Of a DNA stretch of 64,000 nt, positions 11,056 to 20,723 are shown one piece after another (position 1 is the first letter of the stretch; every line of letters starts with the position of its first letter). The stretch spans positions 2,952 to 66,951 of the forward strand of contig CAVXDS010000012.1 of the NCBI GenBank assembly GCA_963760665.1, written 5' to 3'. A program made the position numbers and the translations under genes. The notes under the pieces were generated by a model. It was given only the letters and a program-made list of their open reading frames with translations. It was not told the origin of the DNA and did no database searches. Source of the stretch: an uncultured Actinomycetes bacterium (GTDB lineage: Bacteria; Actinomycetota; Thermoleophilia; Solirubrobacterales; 70-9).

Positions 11056-12854
11056 GCTACATCCAAAACACCTGGGTGGCGTATGCCTTCGATCGCGAGG
11101 TCGCAACCGAGCGTGTGACGGCCGGCCTGAGCCGCGTCGCGGCCCATTACGCCCCGCTCTACGCAGAGCCGCTCGTTGCCGATGCCCGGGTCGACGGGGT
11201 GGTGGGGATGGCGCTGTGGCACCCGGCCGACGACCGACTGCGCTGGCCGCTGTGGGGCGAGCGCGGTGCTCTGGCGGTGGCGTCCACCAACGCGATCACC
11301 GGCTGGGAGCGCGTGGTCGGCGACGCCGAACCTCCTGTCGCCGCGGTGAAGGTCGGTGAGGCCCTGGCATCCGATCCCGACCGCCTGGCGCTGCTCAACC
11401 CGCCGTTCGTGATCGCCGTGCACGACGAGGCGGCCCGATCGCTGACCATCGTCAACGACTCGATCGCCACGGCCAGGCTGTATGAGGTCCGCACGGACGC
11501 CGGCTTCGTCTGGTCGAACCGGCTCGGCGCGCTGCCCCTGTTCGCCGGCGTTGCGCCGGTGGCCGATCCCCAGGGCTGGGCGATCCATGCCGCGACCGGC
11601 TGGTTTCTCGGCGAGACCACGCCGATCCGGGGGGCGAGCAAGGTGGCGCCCGGAACGGCGATCGTGGCGAGCGCGACGGCCGGCGCCTCTCACGTGTCCC
11701 GCCGGCAGACGGACGCGGTCAGCAGGCTGGTTCAGCCCCGGCGGGCCTCCTTCCGCCGGTCCGCCGCCGAGGCCGCAGGGCAGGCCGCCGGTCTGGCCCG
11801 GTCGATCGGCTCCGTGTGGTCCGTGGAGCCGACGGTCAACTTCTCCGGAGGGCGCGACTCGCGAGTCTCCGCCGCCGGGTTCATCGCCGCCGCCGTGGAT
11901 GCGGAGTTTCGAACCATGGACATCGAGCCGGGGGAGGCCGATCTCGCCCGCGACCTGATCGCCGCCGTCGGGCGGCCGGTCCCGCACACGATCGCGGAGC
12001 CCGAGCACGGGGAGCCCGGTGAGCACCTGCGCGACCGGATCGGCGCCATTCACCTGATGCACGACGGGATCGCCAACCCGATGTCGGCCATTCAGGCGAC
12101 CGTGAGCCTGCCGCAGCGAGATCTCCCGCGGCCCCTCGTCACCGGCCACGGGGGCGAGCTGGGCCACGGCTTCTACTACTCGCGAGCGACCCTCTCAGAG
12201 CTTCGCGCCGGAGGCACGGCGGAGCTCGTCGGCCGCCTGGAGCGCGCCGGGCGCCGGCGCCACAGCGCCGCCACCGAGGAGGCCTACGGCGCATACCTGG
12301 ACGAGATCGAGCGCACCCTGGAGGCGGGTCGCTCTTACGGGCTTGGGGGCCCGAACCTGCTCGACTACTACTACCTGGCCCAGCGCCTGTCCTTCCGCGC
12401 CGGGCTCGGCAGCCGCAACGACCGCTACTCGGCCTGCGCCACGCCGGCATTCATCCGGGCGTGCTTCGACCTCACCCCGAGGCAGCGCCTGAAGGCAAAG
12501 CTCCATCGGCGCGTCGTCGGCCTGCTGGTGCCGAGCTGGAAGCGAATTCCCTTCTTTCGGTCGGGCGCGGCCAGAACGCGGGAGATGAACCGGGATCGGA
12601 TCTGGGCGAAGCCTCGCCACGCCGGCGAGCTGGGAGAGCTGATCTCAGACGAATCGAGCTGGGCGGAGTTCTTCGACGCGGCCCGCATTCACGAGATGTG
12701 GGGCGAGGCCCGGGACGGCGGCGGTCACCCGCACTATGAATCCGTGTTCATGCGTCTCGCCTGGCGGGCGTGCTTCGAGGATCATCTTCGGCTGCTTGCC
12801 GTCCGCGCCTCGGGCGATCCGCAGATCGATCAGCCGCGCAGCGAAGGCCGGTAG
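11052..12854 (+). CDS. asparagine synthetase (AsnB)-like PP-loop ATP pyrophosphatase with a degenerate N-terminal amidotransferase domain
   Basis: 600 aa. PP-loop SGGRDS (VNFSGGRDSRVSAAG). The N-domain has AsnB-like PPFVIAVHDEAARSLTIVNDSIATARLYE...FVWSNRLGAL but lacks the Cys2 nucleophile (it begins MSY). GTGA overlap with the nadC stop. Confidence 0.7.
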   Translation: MSYIQNTWVAYAFDREVATERVTAGLSRVAAHYAPLYAEPLVADARVDGVVGMALWHPADDRLRWPLWGERGALAVASTNAITGWERVVGDAEPPVAAVKVGEALASDPDRLALLNPPFVIAVHDEAARSLTIVNDSIATARLYEVRTDAGFVWSNRLGALPLFAGVAPVADPQGWAIHAATGWFLGETTPIRGASKVAPGTAIVASATAGASHVSRRQTDAVSRLVQPRRASFRRSAAEAAGQAAGLARSIGSVWSVEPTVNFSGGRDSRVSAAGFIAAAVDAEFRTMDIEPGEADLARDLIAAVGRPVPHTIAEPEHGEPGEHLRDRIGAIHLMHDGIANPMSAIQATVSLPQRDLPRPLVTGHGGELGHGFYYSRATLSELRAGGTAELVGRLERAGRRRHSAATEEAYGAYLDEIERTLEAGRSYGLGGPNLLDYYYLAQRLSFRAGLGSRNDRYSACATPAFIRACFDLTPRQRLKAKLHRRVVGLLVPSWKRIPFFRSGAARTREMNRDRIWAKPRHAGELGELISDESSWAEFFDAARIHEMWGEARDGGGHPHYESVFMRLAWRACFEDHLRLLAVRASGDPQIDQPRSEGR

Positions 12855-14021
12855 CGCGTCACCTTCAGCTTCGGGTGCGGCAGGATCGCCAGCCGGTCGC
12901 CTGAATGCCTTCTGGCGCGCTTGGGGTTGCTGACCACGAACAGGTTCACGTACAGCGGGATCCGGTGGCCGGCGCGGTTGCGGGCGTCCCGCCGCATTCG
13001 CAGCACCCCGACCTTCGTGTACGGACAGGGCGTCTGCACCTTCGTGCAGTTGTAGCCGTTCGCCTCGGCGATCTGGCCCTGGAGCGAAGAGGACATTCTC
13101 GCCACTCTGGGGCTGGGCTTGGTCGCCCTGGGACCGCCGGCGAGGATCAAGTGAGTCGTCACCCTGGCGCTGTAGCGAAGGTGCGAGACGTCCGCCCTGT
13201 AGGAGGCCAGCACGGCGAGCTGCGTCCCCTTTCTCAGTCCGGCGAGACGCTTCGAGAGGACCACGGTGCGGGTCGCGTCCAGTGGAACCGAGCGGTGCCG
13301 GCGTTCCCGGGTCGACCTTCACGGGTGGTCGCGGCTGCGATCCCGGGCGCAGGCGGATCGCGTTGATCCTGCCCCGGTCCTGAACGATCCTGCCGCTCGG
13401 CTTGTTGGCCCCGATCACAAGCTTGTTCCCGCGGCGCGCATGCCTGTTGTTCGCATCGACGACCATGTTCACGCGGCAGGACCCGGGACGGCAGGGCAGT
13501 GCGCCAAGGCGATGGACATCGAATGAGGCGTGGGTGAAGACGAGCACGCAATGGTGCTGGCGGCTCGACAGCGGCCTTCCGCGGCAGCTGATCACCTGCC
13601 GGCTCGACAGTGACGTGGCGCTCGGGCCGCCGGTGGCGCCAGCTCTGTGCGCCAGCACGAGCTGCGCGCCGATGCGGGGGTTGTACAGGTAGGGGCGCCC
13701 GGCGCAGCTCGGTGCTCGCTTGTGGCAATCGATCGTCACCTGAAGCTCGGCGGTCAGCTTCAGCCGATCCCCAGCCGCCAGGTCCGGGAGCCTCTGCGCG
13801 CTCATCGACATCACCACCCGCCGATCGGCCCTCGCCCTCCTGGTGATCGGGATCGTCTTGCGCGTCTCCGAATAGCTGCCGCTGGTCGCGACCAGGACCG
13901 TGGGGGGCGGATGGGGGGCGCGGGCGCCGGCGGATTCGGCGAGGCCCTTCCCGACGCTCGCCGTCAGGGCGCCGGTCACGCACAAGATCCCCACCGCTGG
14001 AAGTAGTCGATTCAGTCGCAC
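12830..14021 (-). CDS. secreted hypothetical protein (signal peptide), with an apparent frame disruption near 13290
   Basis: N-terminus MRLNRLLPAVGILCVTGALTASVG... in the frame of ORF 12645..14021. Protein-like sequence continues in the frame of ORF 12830..13264 (SVPLDATRTVVLSKRLAGLRKGTQLAVLASYR...). The 3' part of the long ORF overlaps the AsnB-like gene and looks spurious. Confidence 0.5.
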
Positions 14022-14099
14022 GCGTGTTCGAAGCGTAGGTGTAGCGAGTCACACCCTAGGGTGGATCGGCAGGCGGGTCGCGCTTGCAAACGTTTTGAC

Positions 14100-15330
14100 A
14101 TGGCGCGGACCGATCGCAAGGAGCTGATGCAGAAGGCGCTGCTCGGTTTCGGGCTTGCGCTTCTGGCCGTCCTTCTGACCGCGGCCCTCGCCCAGGCGAA
14201 GCCCGGCGACCTCGACCGCTCATTCGGCGACGGTGGCAAGGTGGTGGAGGGTTTCTGCGCCCACGCCTCGTTCTCAGCAACGGTGGACCGCCGCGATCGA
14301 ATCGTCGCCGCCGGCACCAACAACCACTTCGACAACTTCTGCCTCATGCGCTTCCGACAGAACGGCACGCTCGACCGCTCGTTTGGTGACGGCGGCACGG
14401 TGGTGGCGGACTTCGGGACGGACGAAGAGGGCGCCCTCTCGGTGGCGATCGACTCGCGCGGACGGATCGTCGCCGCCGGGTCCGCGTCGGCGGTGTCGCC
14501 GCCTTGGCGTCGCTCGCTTCAAGCCCAATGGCAGCGTCGACTCCTCATTCGGCACCGACGGCGAGGTGACGACGGCATCGGGACCCGCGCCACCGCCTAC
14601 ACGGTGGCGATCGATTCCCGGGACCGGATCCTCGCGGCGGGGACAAGCGAATTCGAGAAGTTCGCGTTGGCCCGCTACGACCATCGACGGCACCCTCGAC
14701 AGCTCGTTCGGCACCGGCGGCATCGTGACAACGGACTTCCGGGGCCGTCGCGGTGGCGTCACCTCGCTGGCGATCGATTCCCGGGACCGCATCGTCACGG
14801 CCGGCCAGGCTCTTCTCAGCCAAGACGATGATTTCGCCCTCGCCCGCTACAACCCGACGGCGCCTCGAACCCTCGTTCGCCGGCAACGGCAAGGTGACAA
14901 CAAACTTCCCCGGCCAGGGCGCGGCCTACTCGGTGGCGGTTCGCCCCCATGGGCGGATCGTCGCCGCTGGCTACGGCGACGACCACTTCGCGCTCGTCCG
15001 CTACAGGCCGAATGGCAACCTCGATCCCTCGTTCTCTCACAACGGCAAGGTGCGCACCGCCATCGGCACGGAGTCTGGCGCCCAGCTCGGTGGGAATCGA
15101 CTCCCGACGGCGCATAGTCGCCGCCGGATCAAGCGATGGTGACTTCGCCCTCGCTCGCTACCGCCGCAACGGCAGCCTCGACCGCTCGTTCTCCGGCAAC
15201 GGAAAGGTGACGCCCGGCTTCGGGCCCGGCGCCAGCTCGATGGGAATCGACTCCAAGAACAGGATCATCCTGCAGGGTTGTCACAGCAACGACGGTGATC
15301 GCCCGCTTCATCGGCTACCGCCGACCGTGA
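14100..15330 (+). pseudogene. delta-60 repeat (beta-propeller-like) secreted protein, disrupted by at least 6 frame changes
   Basis: Signal peptide (MQKALLGFGLALLAVLLTAALAQA) followed by about 7 repeats of LDxSFGxxGxV...AIDSxxRIVAAG...DFALARYxxNG. The repeats can be followed only by switching frames 0>1>0>1>2>0>1, near 14490-14510, 14574, 14681, 14851-14866, 15095 and 15297. Confidence 0.75.
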
Positions 15331-15353
15331 CTGCCCTGCACTATCCTGACTCC

Positions 15354-16049
15354 GTGGCACAGGGCCCGGTACCCGCGGAGACGGCCGGCGAGCTCAAGGA
15401 GCGGATCGACGCCGAGCGGCGTGGCGCTCCCTTTCTGGTCTATCGCGACGAGAAGGAGCGGCAGCTGATCTACACGCTCCGCGCGGATCGACGCCGCCTG
15501 AGCGTCGGTCGCAGCGAGGCGGCCGACGTCAGCGTGGCCTTCGATGCCGAGGTGTCGCGGGTCCACGCCGAGCTCGAGCGCCTGGGCGAGGAGTGGACGC
15601 TCGCCGACGACGGGCTCTCCCGAAACGGCTCGTTCGTGAACGGCGAGCGGGTGGTCGGACGGCGCCGGCTGCGCGACGGCGACGTGCTGCGCTTCGGGGA
15701 CACGTTGGTGCTGTTTCGGGCTCCGTCTCGAGCCGGCGCCGACGAGACCGTCGCGGCGAGGGATCGGCCCGACGTCGCAGGCGTCACGGAGACCCAGCGC
15801 CGGGTGCTGGTGGCGCTGTGCCGGCCCTTCGGCGCCGGCAGCGAATTCGCCACGCCGGCGACCAACAAGCAGATCGCCGAAGAGGTCTTCCTCAGCGTCG
15901 ACGCGGTGAAGGCGAACCTTCGGGCCCTGTTCGAGAGGTTCGAGGTCGGTGACCTGCCACAGAACAAGAAGCGGATCCGCCTCGCCGAGCTGGCGGTGCG
16001 CAGCGGCGTCGTCTCCCCGCGCGACCTGGACGCTGGCCCTACGGCCTGA
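15354..16049 (+). CDS. FHA domain protein with a C-terminal LuxR/GerE-like HTH
   Basis: GTG 15354. FHA core LSVGRSEAADVSVAFDAEVSRVHAELERLGEEWTLADDGLSRNGSFVNGERV...GDVLRFGDTLVLF. The C-terminus TETQRRVLVALCRPF...TNKQIAEEVFLSVDAVKANLRALFERF resembles a GerE-type HTH. Confidence 0.75.
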   Translation: MAQGPVPAETAGELKERIDAERRGAPFLVYRDEKERQLIYTLRADRRRLSVGRSEAADVSVAFDAEVSRVHAELERLGEEWTLADDGLSRNGSFVNGERVVGRRRLRDGDVLRFGDTLVLFRAPSRAGADETVAARDRPDVAGVTETQRRVLVALCRPFGAGSEFATPATNKQIAEEVFLSVDAVKANLRALFERFEVGDLPQNKKRIRLAELAVRSGVVSPRDLDAGPTA

Positions 16050-17961
16050 TCCGGGTCACCGTCGAGTCGTCGAGGTTCGCCGTCCAGACGGCGCCCATGG
16101 CGACTGCGACATCGGCGGGGTCCCTTCCGACCGGGATCGGCGGGCCGACCACTGCCGCAGCCCTCGGGTCGATCCTGCTGACGGTCGAGTCGCCGCCGTT
16201 CGCGACCCAGACGTAGCCGACGCCGATCGCCACCGCGGTGGGGCGGTCGCCGACCTCGATCGGGTCGCCGACCTTCATCGATCTCGCGTGGATACGCGTC
16301 ACGGTGCCCTTGGAAAGGTCGGTTACCCACACCGAGCCGTGGCCCACCGCGAGCTCGCTCGGCCGCTGGCCAATCGGAATCGGCTTGCCGACCACCTTCG
16401 CCTGCTCGGGGTCGATCTCGGACACCGATCCGTCGCCGGCGTTCGTCACCCAGACGGCCCCGGCCCCCGTCGCGATTCCGCTCGGACCGGAGCCGACGTC
16501 GACGGTGGCGTCGACCTGATTCGTATCCGGGTCGATTCGCGAGACCGTGTCGTCGCCCTGGTTGGCGACCCAGACCCAGTGCTTGTCGAAGGTCACGTCC
16601 GAGGGATTCGTCCCGACCGGGATCTCGATCGGGGCGCTCCTGTTCAAGTGCTCCAGACGCAGGAGCGTGCTCGAGTCCCGATTCAGGGCCCAGACCGAGT
16701 CGAAGGCGACCGCAACCGAGACCGGATCACCGCCCGCCGGCACCGGCGGTCGCGACTGCCGATTGGTGGCCAGATCGATCGCGTAGAGCGCCGAGGCGCC
16801 GCTCGAGGCCACCCAGAGGCGGGCGGGGGAGACCCCGAGGCCGGTGGGCCCTCGGCCGACCTGCACCGTGGCCACCGGGAGTGGGCCTGAACCGGCTGAC
16901 CCACCACCCTGTTCGTCGCCGCTGACAAGCAGCGCCGCGACGCCGCCCGCCACGGCGAGGGCGACGAAGGCGGCGACGATCGCCCCCGTGCGGCGGCCAC
17001 GGGGACGCGGCAAGGGACGAGTCGGCGCTTCCTCGGCGGCGGGGGGCCGAGGCGACGGTGCCGTAGCTGCCACCGGCTCCGCGCCGCGGACGATGCTCTC
17101 GACGTCTGCCGCGAGCTCCCCGGCGCTCTCGTAGCGATACTCGGGACGAATGGCCATCGCGCGGGCCACCACCCCGTCCAGCGCGGTCGGCAGCCCAGGA
17201 ACGAGCTCCGAGGGCCGAGGGCGGGGAGCGTTGGCGTGGGCGAAGAGCTTCGCCAGGTCGTTGTCGCGAGGGAACGGTGGCTGCCCGGTGAGCGCGAAGT
17301 GGAGCAGACATCCGAGGGCGTAGACATCCGTTCGGTAGTCGACTCGATCGCCGGCCACCTGCTCGGGAGCCACGTAGTCCGGGCTGCCCAGGAGCTCACC
17401 GGAGGCGGTCACTGTGCCCCCGCCGCCAGCGATCCGGCTGATCCCGAAGTCGGTGAGGAAGACGCGTTCGTCGCCGTTCACGCCCTCGACGAGGACGTTG
17501 GCGGGCTTCACGTCGCGGTGGAGCAGGCCGCGTTCGTGGGCGGCGTCGAGCCCTGCTGCGATGCCGGTGAGAAGTCGCGATGCCCGCCTGGCGTCCAGTG
17601 GTCCGGAGGCCTCCACGATCCGCCGCAGGTCGCTTCCCTCCACCAGGCGCATCGACAGGTACAGGACGCCCCCCTCGTCCCCTGCGTGGTCGACGGGGAC
17701 GACGTTCGGATGCTCCAACGAAGCGGCCAGCCGCGCTTCCCGCTGAAACCGCTCACGGAAGCGGGGATCTTCGGAAAGCGCCGGCGAGATCACCTTCAGC
17801 GCCCGCTCGCGATCGAGTGCCAGGTGGCGTGCCCGGTAGACGACACCCATGCCGCCACGCCCGATCTCGGCCTCGATCCGATACCCCGCGAAGGTCGTCC
17901 CCGGGGCGATCGTCCCGGGACGCTCGGGCCCGGACGGCGCCGTGTCGCTCACTCCTCCCAC
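16039..17961 (-). CDS. Ser/Thr protein kinase with a TM segment and an extracytoplasmic YVTN-type beta-propeller
   Basis: Hanks motifs GRGGMGVVY, ALKVI, HRDVKPANVL, DFGIS, SPDYVAPE. One TM helix (IVAAFVALAVAGGVAALLV). Repeated ...GxxPxGVAxxxxxVWVAN... units follow. Confidence 0.92.
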   Translation of the reverse strand: MGGVSDTAPSGPERPGTIAPGTTFAGYRIEAEIGRGGMGVVYRARHLALDRERALKVISPALSEDPRFRERFQREARLAASLEHPNVVPVDHAGDEGGVLYLSMRLVEGSDLRRIVEASGPLDARRASRLLTGIAAGLDAAHERGLLHRDVKPANVLVEGVNGDERVFLTDFGISRIAGGGGTVTASGELLGSPDYVAPEQVAGDRVDYRTDVYALGCLLHFALTGQPPFPRDNDLAKLFAHANAPRPRPSELVPGLPTALDGVVARAMAIRPEYRYESAGELAADVESIVRGAEPVAATAPSPRPPAAEEAPTRPLPRPRGRRTGAIVAAFVALAVAGGVAALLVSGDEQGGGSAGSGPLPVATVQVGRGPTGLGVSPARLWVASSGASALYAIDLATNRQSRPPVPAGGDPVSVAVAFDSVWALNRDSSTLLRLEHLNRSAPIEIPVGTNPSDVTFDKHWVWVANQGDDTVSRIDPDTNQVDATVDVGSGPSGIATGAGAVWVTNAGDGSVSEIDPEQAKVVGKPIPIGQRPSELAVGHGSVWVTDLSKGTVTRIHARSMKVGDPIEVGDRPTAVAIGVGYVWVANGGDSTVSRIDPRAAAVVGPPIPVGRDPADVAVAMGAVWTANLDDSTVTRIRP

Positions 17962-18076
17962 GCGCCCAGTCGTGTCGAACGCCTCACCATCACCACCTCG
18001 ACCTCCATTGCATCATCGGCAAGGCTCGCCCGTCGGCCCCCTTCTTGCAGATGACCGCAGCGGATAGAGTCGGCCC

Positions 18077-18592
18077 ATGGCCGTCAGCGAGGAGCTTCGT
18101 CGCCAGCGCGAGGAGCTCGTGATCGAGCACATGGAGACCGAGAACCGGCACGAGTACGAGGCGACGATCGAGACCTTCGATCACCCGCGCTACGAGCTGG
18201 TCGGCACGGGGGACGTCTACGACGGCCGCGAGGAGGTGGCCCGCTACTTCGAGGACAGCCGCACCGCCTTCCCCGATCAGCGCAACGAGCTGATCGCCCT
18301 TCACCACGCCGACGACGCGGTGATCGTCGAGGCCAACCTGCTCGGAACCCACGACGGGCCGCTGAGGGGGTTGCCCCCGACCGGCCGCAAGTTCGAGATG
18401 CGGTTTGCGGCGGTGTTCGTGTTCGAAGAGGACCGTCTCATATGCGAGCGGGTCTACTTCGACTCCAACACGATCCTGCGACAGCTGGGCATCGCTCGCG
18501 ACCCCGTGTCCCTGAGCGGCAGGCTCGCCACGGCCCTCAACCACCCGCTGACCGTCGGCCGCGCCCTGACGCGTCAGCTGCTTCGCCGCTGA
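18077..18592 (+). CDS. SnoaL-like ester cyclase family protein
   Basis: 171 aa. ...GREEVARYFEDSRTAFPDQRNELIALHHADDAVIVEANLLGTHDGPLRGLPPTGRKFEMRFAAVFVFEEDRLICERVYFD is the characteristic ester-cyclase pattern. Confidence 0.7.
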   Translation: MAVSEELRRQREELVIEHMETENRHEYEATIETFDHPRYELVGTGDVYDGREEVARYFEDSRTAFPDQRNELIALHHADDAVIVEANLLGTHDGPLRGLPPTGRKFEMRFAAVFVFEEDRLICERVYFDSNTILRQLGIARDPVSLSGRLATALNHPLTVGRALTRQLLRR

Positions 18593-18613
18593 CCGGTCAC
18601 CGAATTCAGCGAC

Positions 18614-19507
18614 CTACTTCAGCAGCCGCGAAAGACGGCGATCCTTGAGCACCCGGCCGCCGGTCTGCTCCTCCGGACAGTACGTGGTGAGGTGCTCAGC
18701 GAAATGGACCGCGGCCAGGGTGGCGCCGCACCGCGGACAGGGCTCACCCTGGCGGCGGTGCACCTGGAGTGGCATCGGCAGCTTGTCGGGCACCCGCTCC
18801 TCGATCACCTGCTCGTAGTGATCGATCGCGTCGCCGAGGACGTGGAGGGCGGCGTGCAGGCGGCCCACGTCCTCGTCGTCGAGCTCCGATCCCTGCTTGA
18901 ACGGCGACAGGGCGGCCTCCCAGAGGATCTCGTCGACCCAGGAGCGGCCGATGCCCGCGATCACCCGCTGATCGCGCAGCATCGGGTGGAGGTGGCGGGG
19001 TTGGTCGATCCGGCCGCCGAGCTCCTCGAGAGGCGGCGCCGGCCAGGCCTCGGGCCCGAGCGTGGCCACCATCTCGTCGCCGTCCAGCTCGGCTGCGTGC
19101 AGCAGCTTCGCCCAGGCGCGCTGCTTGGTGCCGAACTCGCGTAGGCGCAGCTCGCGTCCGTCGGCCAGCCGGACCAGCACCCGCGCCGTACGGTCGCGAA
19201 GCGAGGCGCGCTTGTCGAACACCTGGAGGCGGCCCGCCGACATCAGGTGGACGAGAAGTGAAAGCCGCTCCGCGGAACCGGCGCCGTCCTGCGACCGCGC
19301 GGCGCCGCCCGGGGGGTCGAAGTCGACCACGGGCATCTTGCCGATCCGCCGCAGTGTGCCGATCCGGCGGCCGGTGAGGGCGGCGAGTGGCGGATCGACG
19401 CTCTTCAGCGCCACCATCCCAGGCGCCAGCGCCGCCTCCACCTCCGCCCCCGCCAGCGACGCGCTCAGCCGCCGCGTCGTGATCTCGACCTCGGGGAGCT
19501 CGGGCAT
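18614..19507 (-). CDS. Fpg/Nei family DNA glycosylase/AP lyase
   Basis: N-terminal MPELPEVE (catalytic Pro2/Glu3), H2TH region, and C-terminal zinc finger CPRCG...C. I cannot tell Fpg from Nei by eye. Confidence 0.85.
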   Translation of the reverse strand: MPELPEVEITTRRLSASLAGAEVEAALAPGMVALKSVDPPLAALTGRRIGTLRRIGKMPVVDFDPPGGAARSQDGAGSAERLSLLVHLMSAGRLQVFDKRASLRDRTARVLVRLADGRELRLREFGTKQRAWAKLLHAAELDGDEMVATLGPEAWPAPPLEELGGRIDQPRHLHPMLRDQRVIAGIGRSWVDEILWEAALSPFKQGSELDDEDVGRLHAALHVLGDAIDHYEQVIEERVPDKLPMPLQVHRRQGEPCPRCGATLAAVHFAEHLTTYCPEEQTGGRVLKDRRLSRLLK

Positions 19508-19644
19508 GAGCTTAAGCGTAGGGAGCCCGGCCGGGCTAGACTAATGGCGGTTTATTCGCCTGGTTCGAGGCTGGCCGCAAGGTCAGCCGGGCCGGCGAAC
19601 ATAGGATCGAAGCTCCGCCTAGCCGGGGCGATTGGAGCACCGCG

Positions 19645-20676
19645 ATGCAGGATCTCCAGGTAGTCCAGCCCACCCCGCTCGCCGATCTGTCGCCGACGGA
19701 GATCGAACGGCTCTCAGACGAGGTTCGCGCGCTGGCCGCGGAGCGCAACGCGGTGATCCTCGCCCACAACTACCAGCTGCCCGAGGTTCAGGACGTGGCC
19801 GACCATATGGGGGACTCGCTGGGCCTCTCGCGCCAGGCGGCGGCCACCGGCGCGGACGTGATCGCGTTCTGCGGCGTCCACTTCATGGCCGAGACGGCCT
19901 CGATTCTCTCTCCCGATAAGACCGTGCTGATCGCCGATCCCGACGCCGGCTGCTCCCTGTCGGAGTCGATCACCGCCGACCAGCTTCGCCACTGGAAGGC
20001 CGAGCATCCCGGCGCGGTGGTGGTCATGTACGTCAACACCTCGGCCGAGGTGAAGGCCGAGACGGACTACTGCTGCACGTCGGCCAACGCGGTCCAGGTG
20101 GTCGAGCACATCTGGCATGAGCACGGGCCGGACACGGAGATCCTCTTCGGCCCCGACATCTGGCTGGGCTCGTTCGTCGCCCGCGAGACCGGGCTGACCG
20201 ACGACCCGGCGCGCTACGCGCGGTTCCACGTCTGGGACGGGGAGTGCCATGTTCACGCCGGCATCCGGCCCGAGGACATCGAGCGCAGCCGGGCGGAGCA
20301 CCCCGGCGCCGAGTTCCTGATTCATCCGGAGTGCGGCTGCTCGACTCAGGCGATGGAGTTCGTTGCCTCCGGCGACGTCGACGCCGAGGGCGTCCATATG
20401 CTGTCCACCTCGGGAATGCTTCGCCACGTCACCGAGCACCCCGACGGCGAGTTCATCGTCGCAACCGAGACCGGGATGCTCTACCCCCTGCAGCAGGCAG
20501 CGCCGGGGGCGCGGCTGGTGGAGGCCAACAGGATGGCCTTCTGCAAGTACATGAAGATGATCACGCTGCCGAAGCTGCGCGACTCGCTGCGCGATCTGAC
20601 CTACGAGGTCAAGGTCCCGGAGCAGATCGCCGAGCGCGCCAGGATCCCGATCGAGCGCATGGTCGCGATCGGCTGA
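19645..20676 (+). CDS. nadA: quinolinate synthase
   Basis: 343 aa. AHNYQLPEVQDVAD..GDSL, VHFMAETA, MYVNTSAEVKA, HPEC, TETGM motifs. Confidence 0.93.
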   Translation: MQDLQVVQPTPLADLSPTEIERLSDEVRALAAERNAVILAHNYQLPEVQDVADHMGDSLGLSRQAAATGADVIAFCGVHFMAETASILSPDKTVLIADPDAGCSLSESITADQLRHWKAEHPGAVVVMYVNTSAEVKAETDYCCTSANAVQVVEHIWHEHGPDTEILFGPDIWLGSFVARETGLTDDPARYARFHVWDGECHVHAGIRPEDIERSRAEHPGAEFLIHPECGCSTQAMEFVASGDVDAEGVHMLSTSGMLRHVTEHPDGEFIVATETGMLYPLQQAAPGARLVEANRMAFCKYMKMITLPKLRDSLRDLTYEVKVPEQIAERARIPIERMVAIG

Positions 20677-20723
20677 TCGCCGGCGGCGTGGATTCCTGCG
20701 CCAACCCCTGGTAGCTTGACGGC

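Noticed and set aside
11052-12854. AsnB-like gene as a lasso-peptide cyclase, marking a RiPP cluster
   Set aside because: I could not find an adjacent transglutaminase-like leader protease (B), RRE protein, ABC exporter or short precursor ORF. The gene is coupled to nadC instead. It is kept only as a generic PP-loop enzyme.
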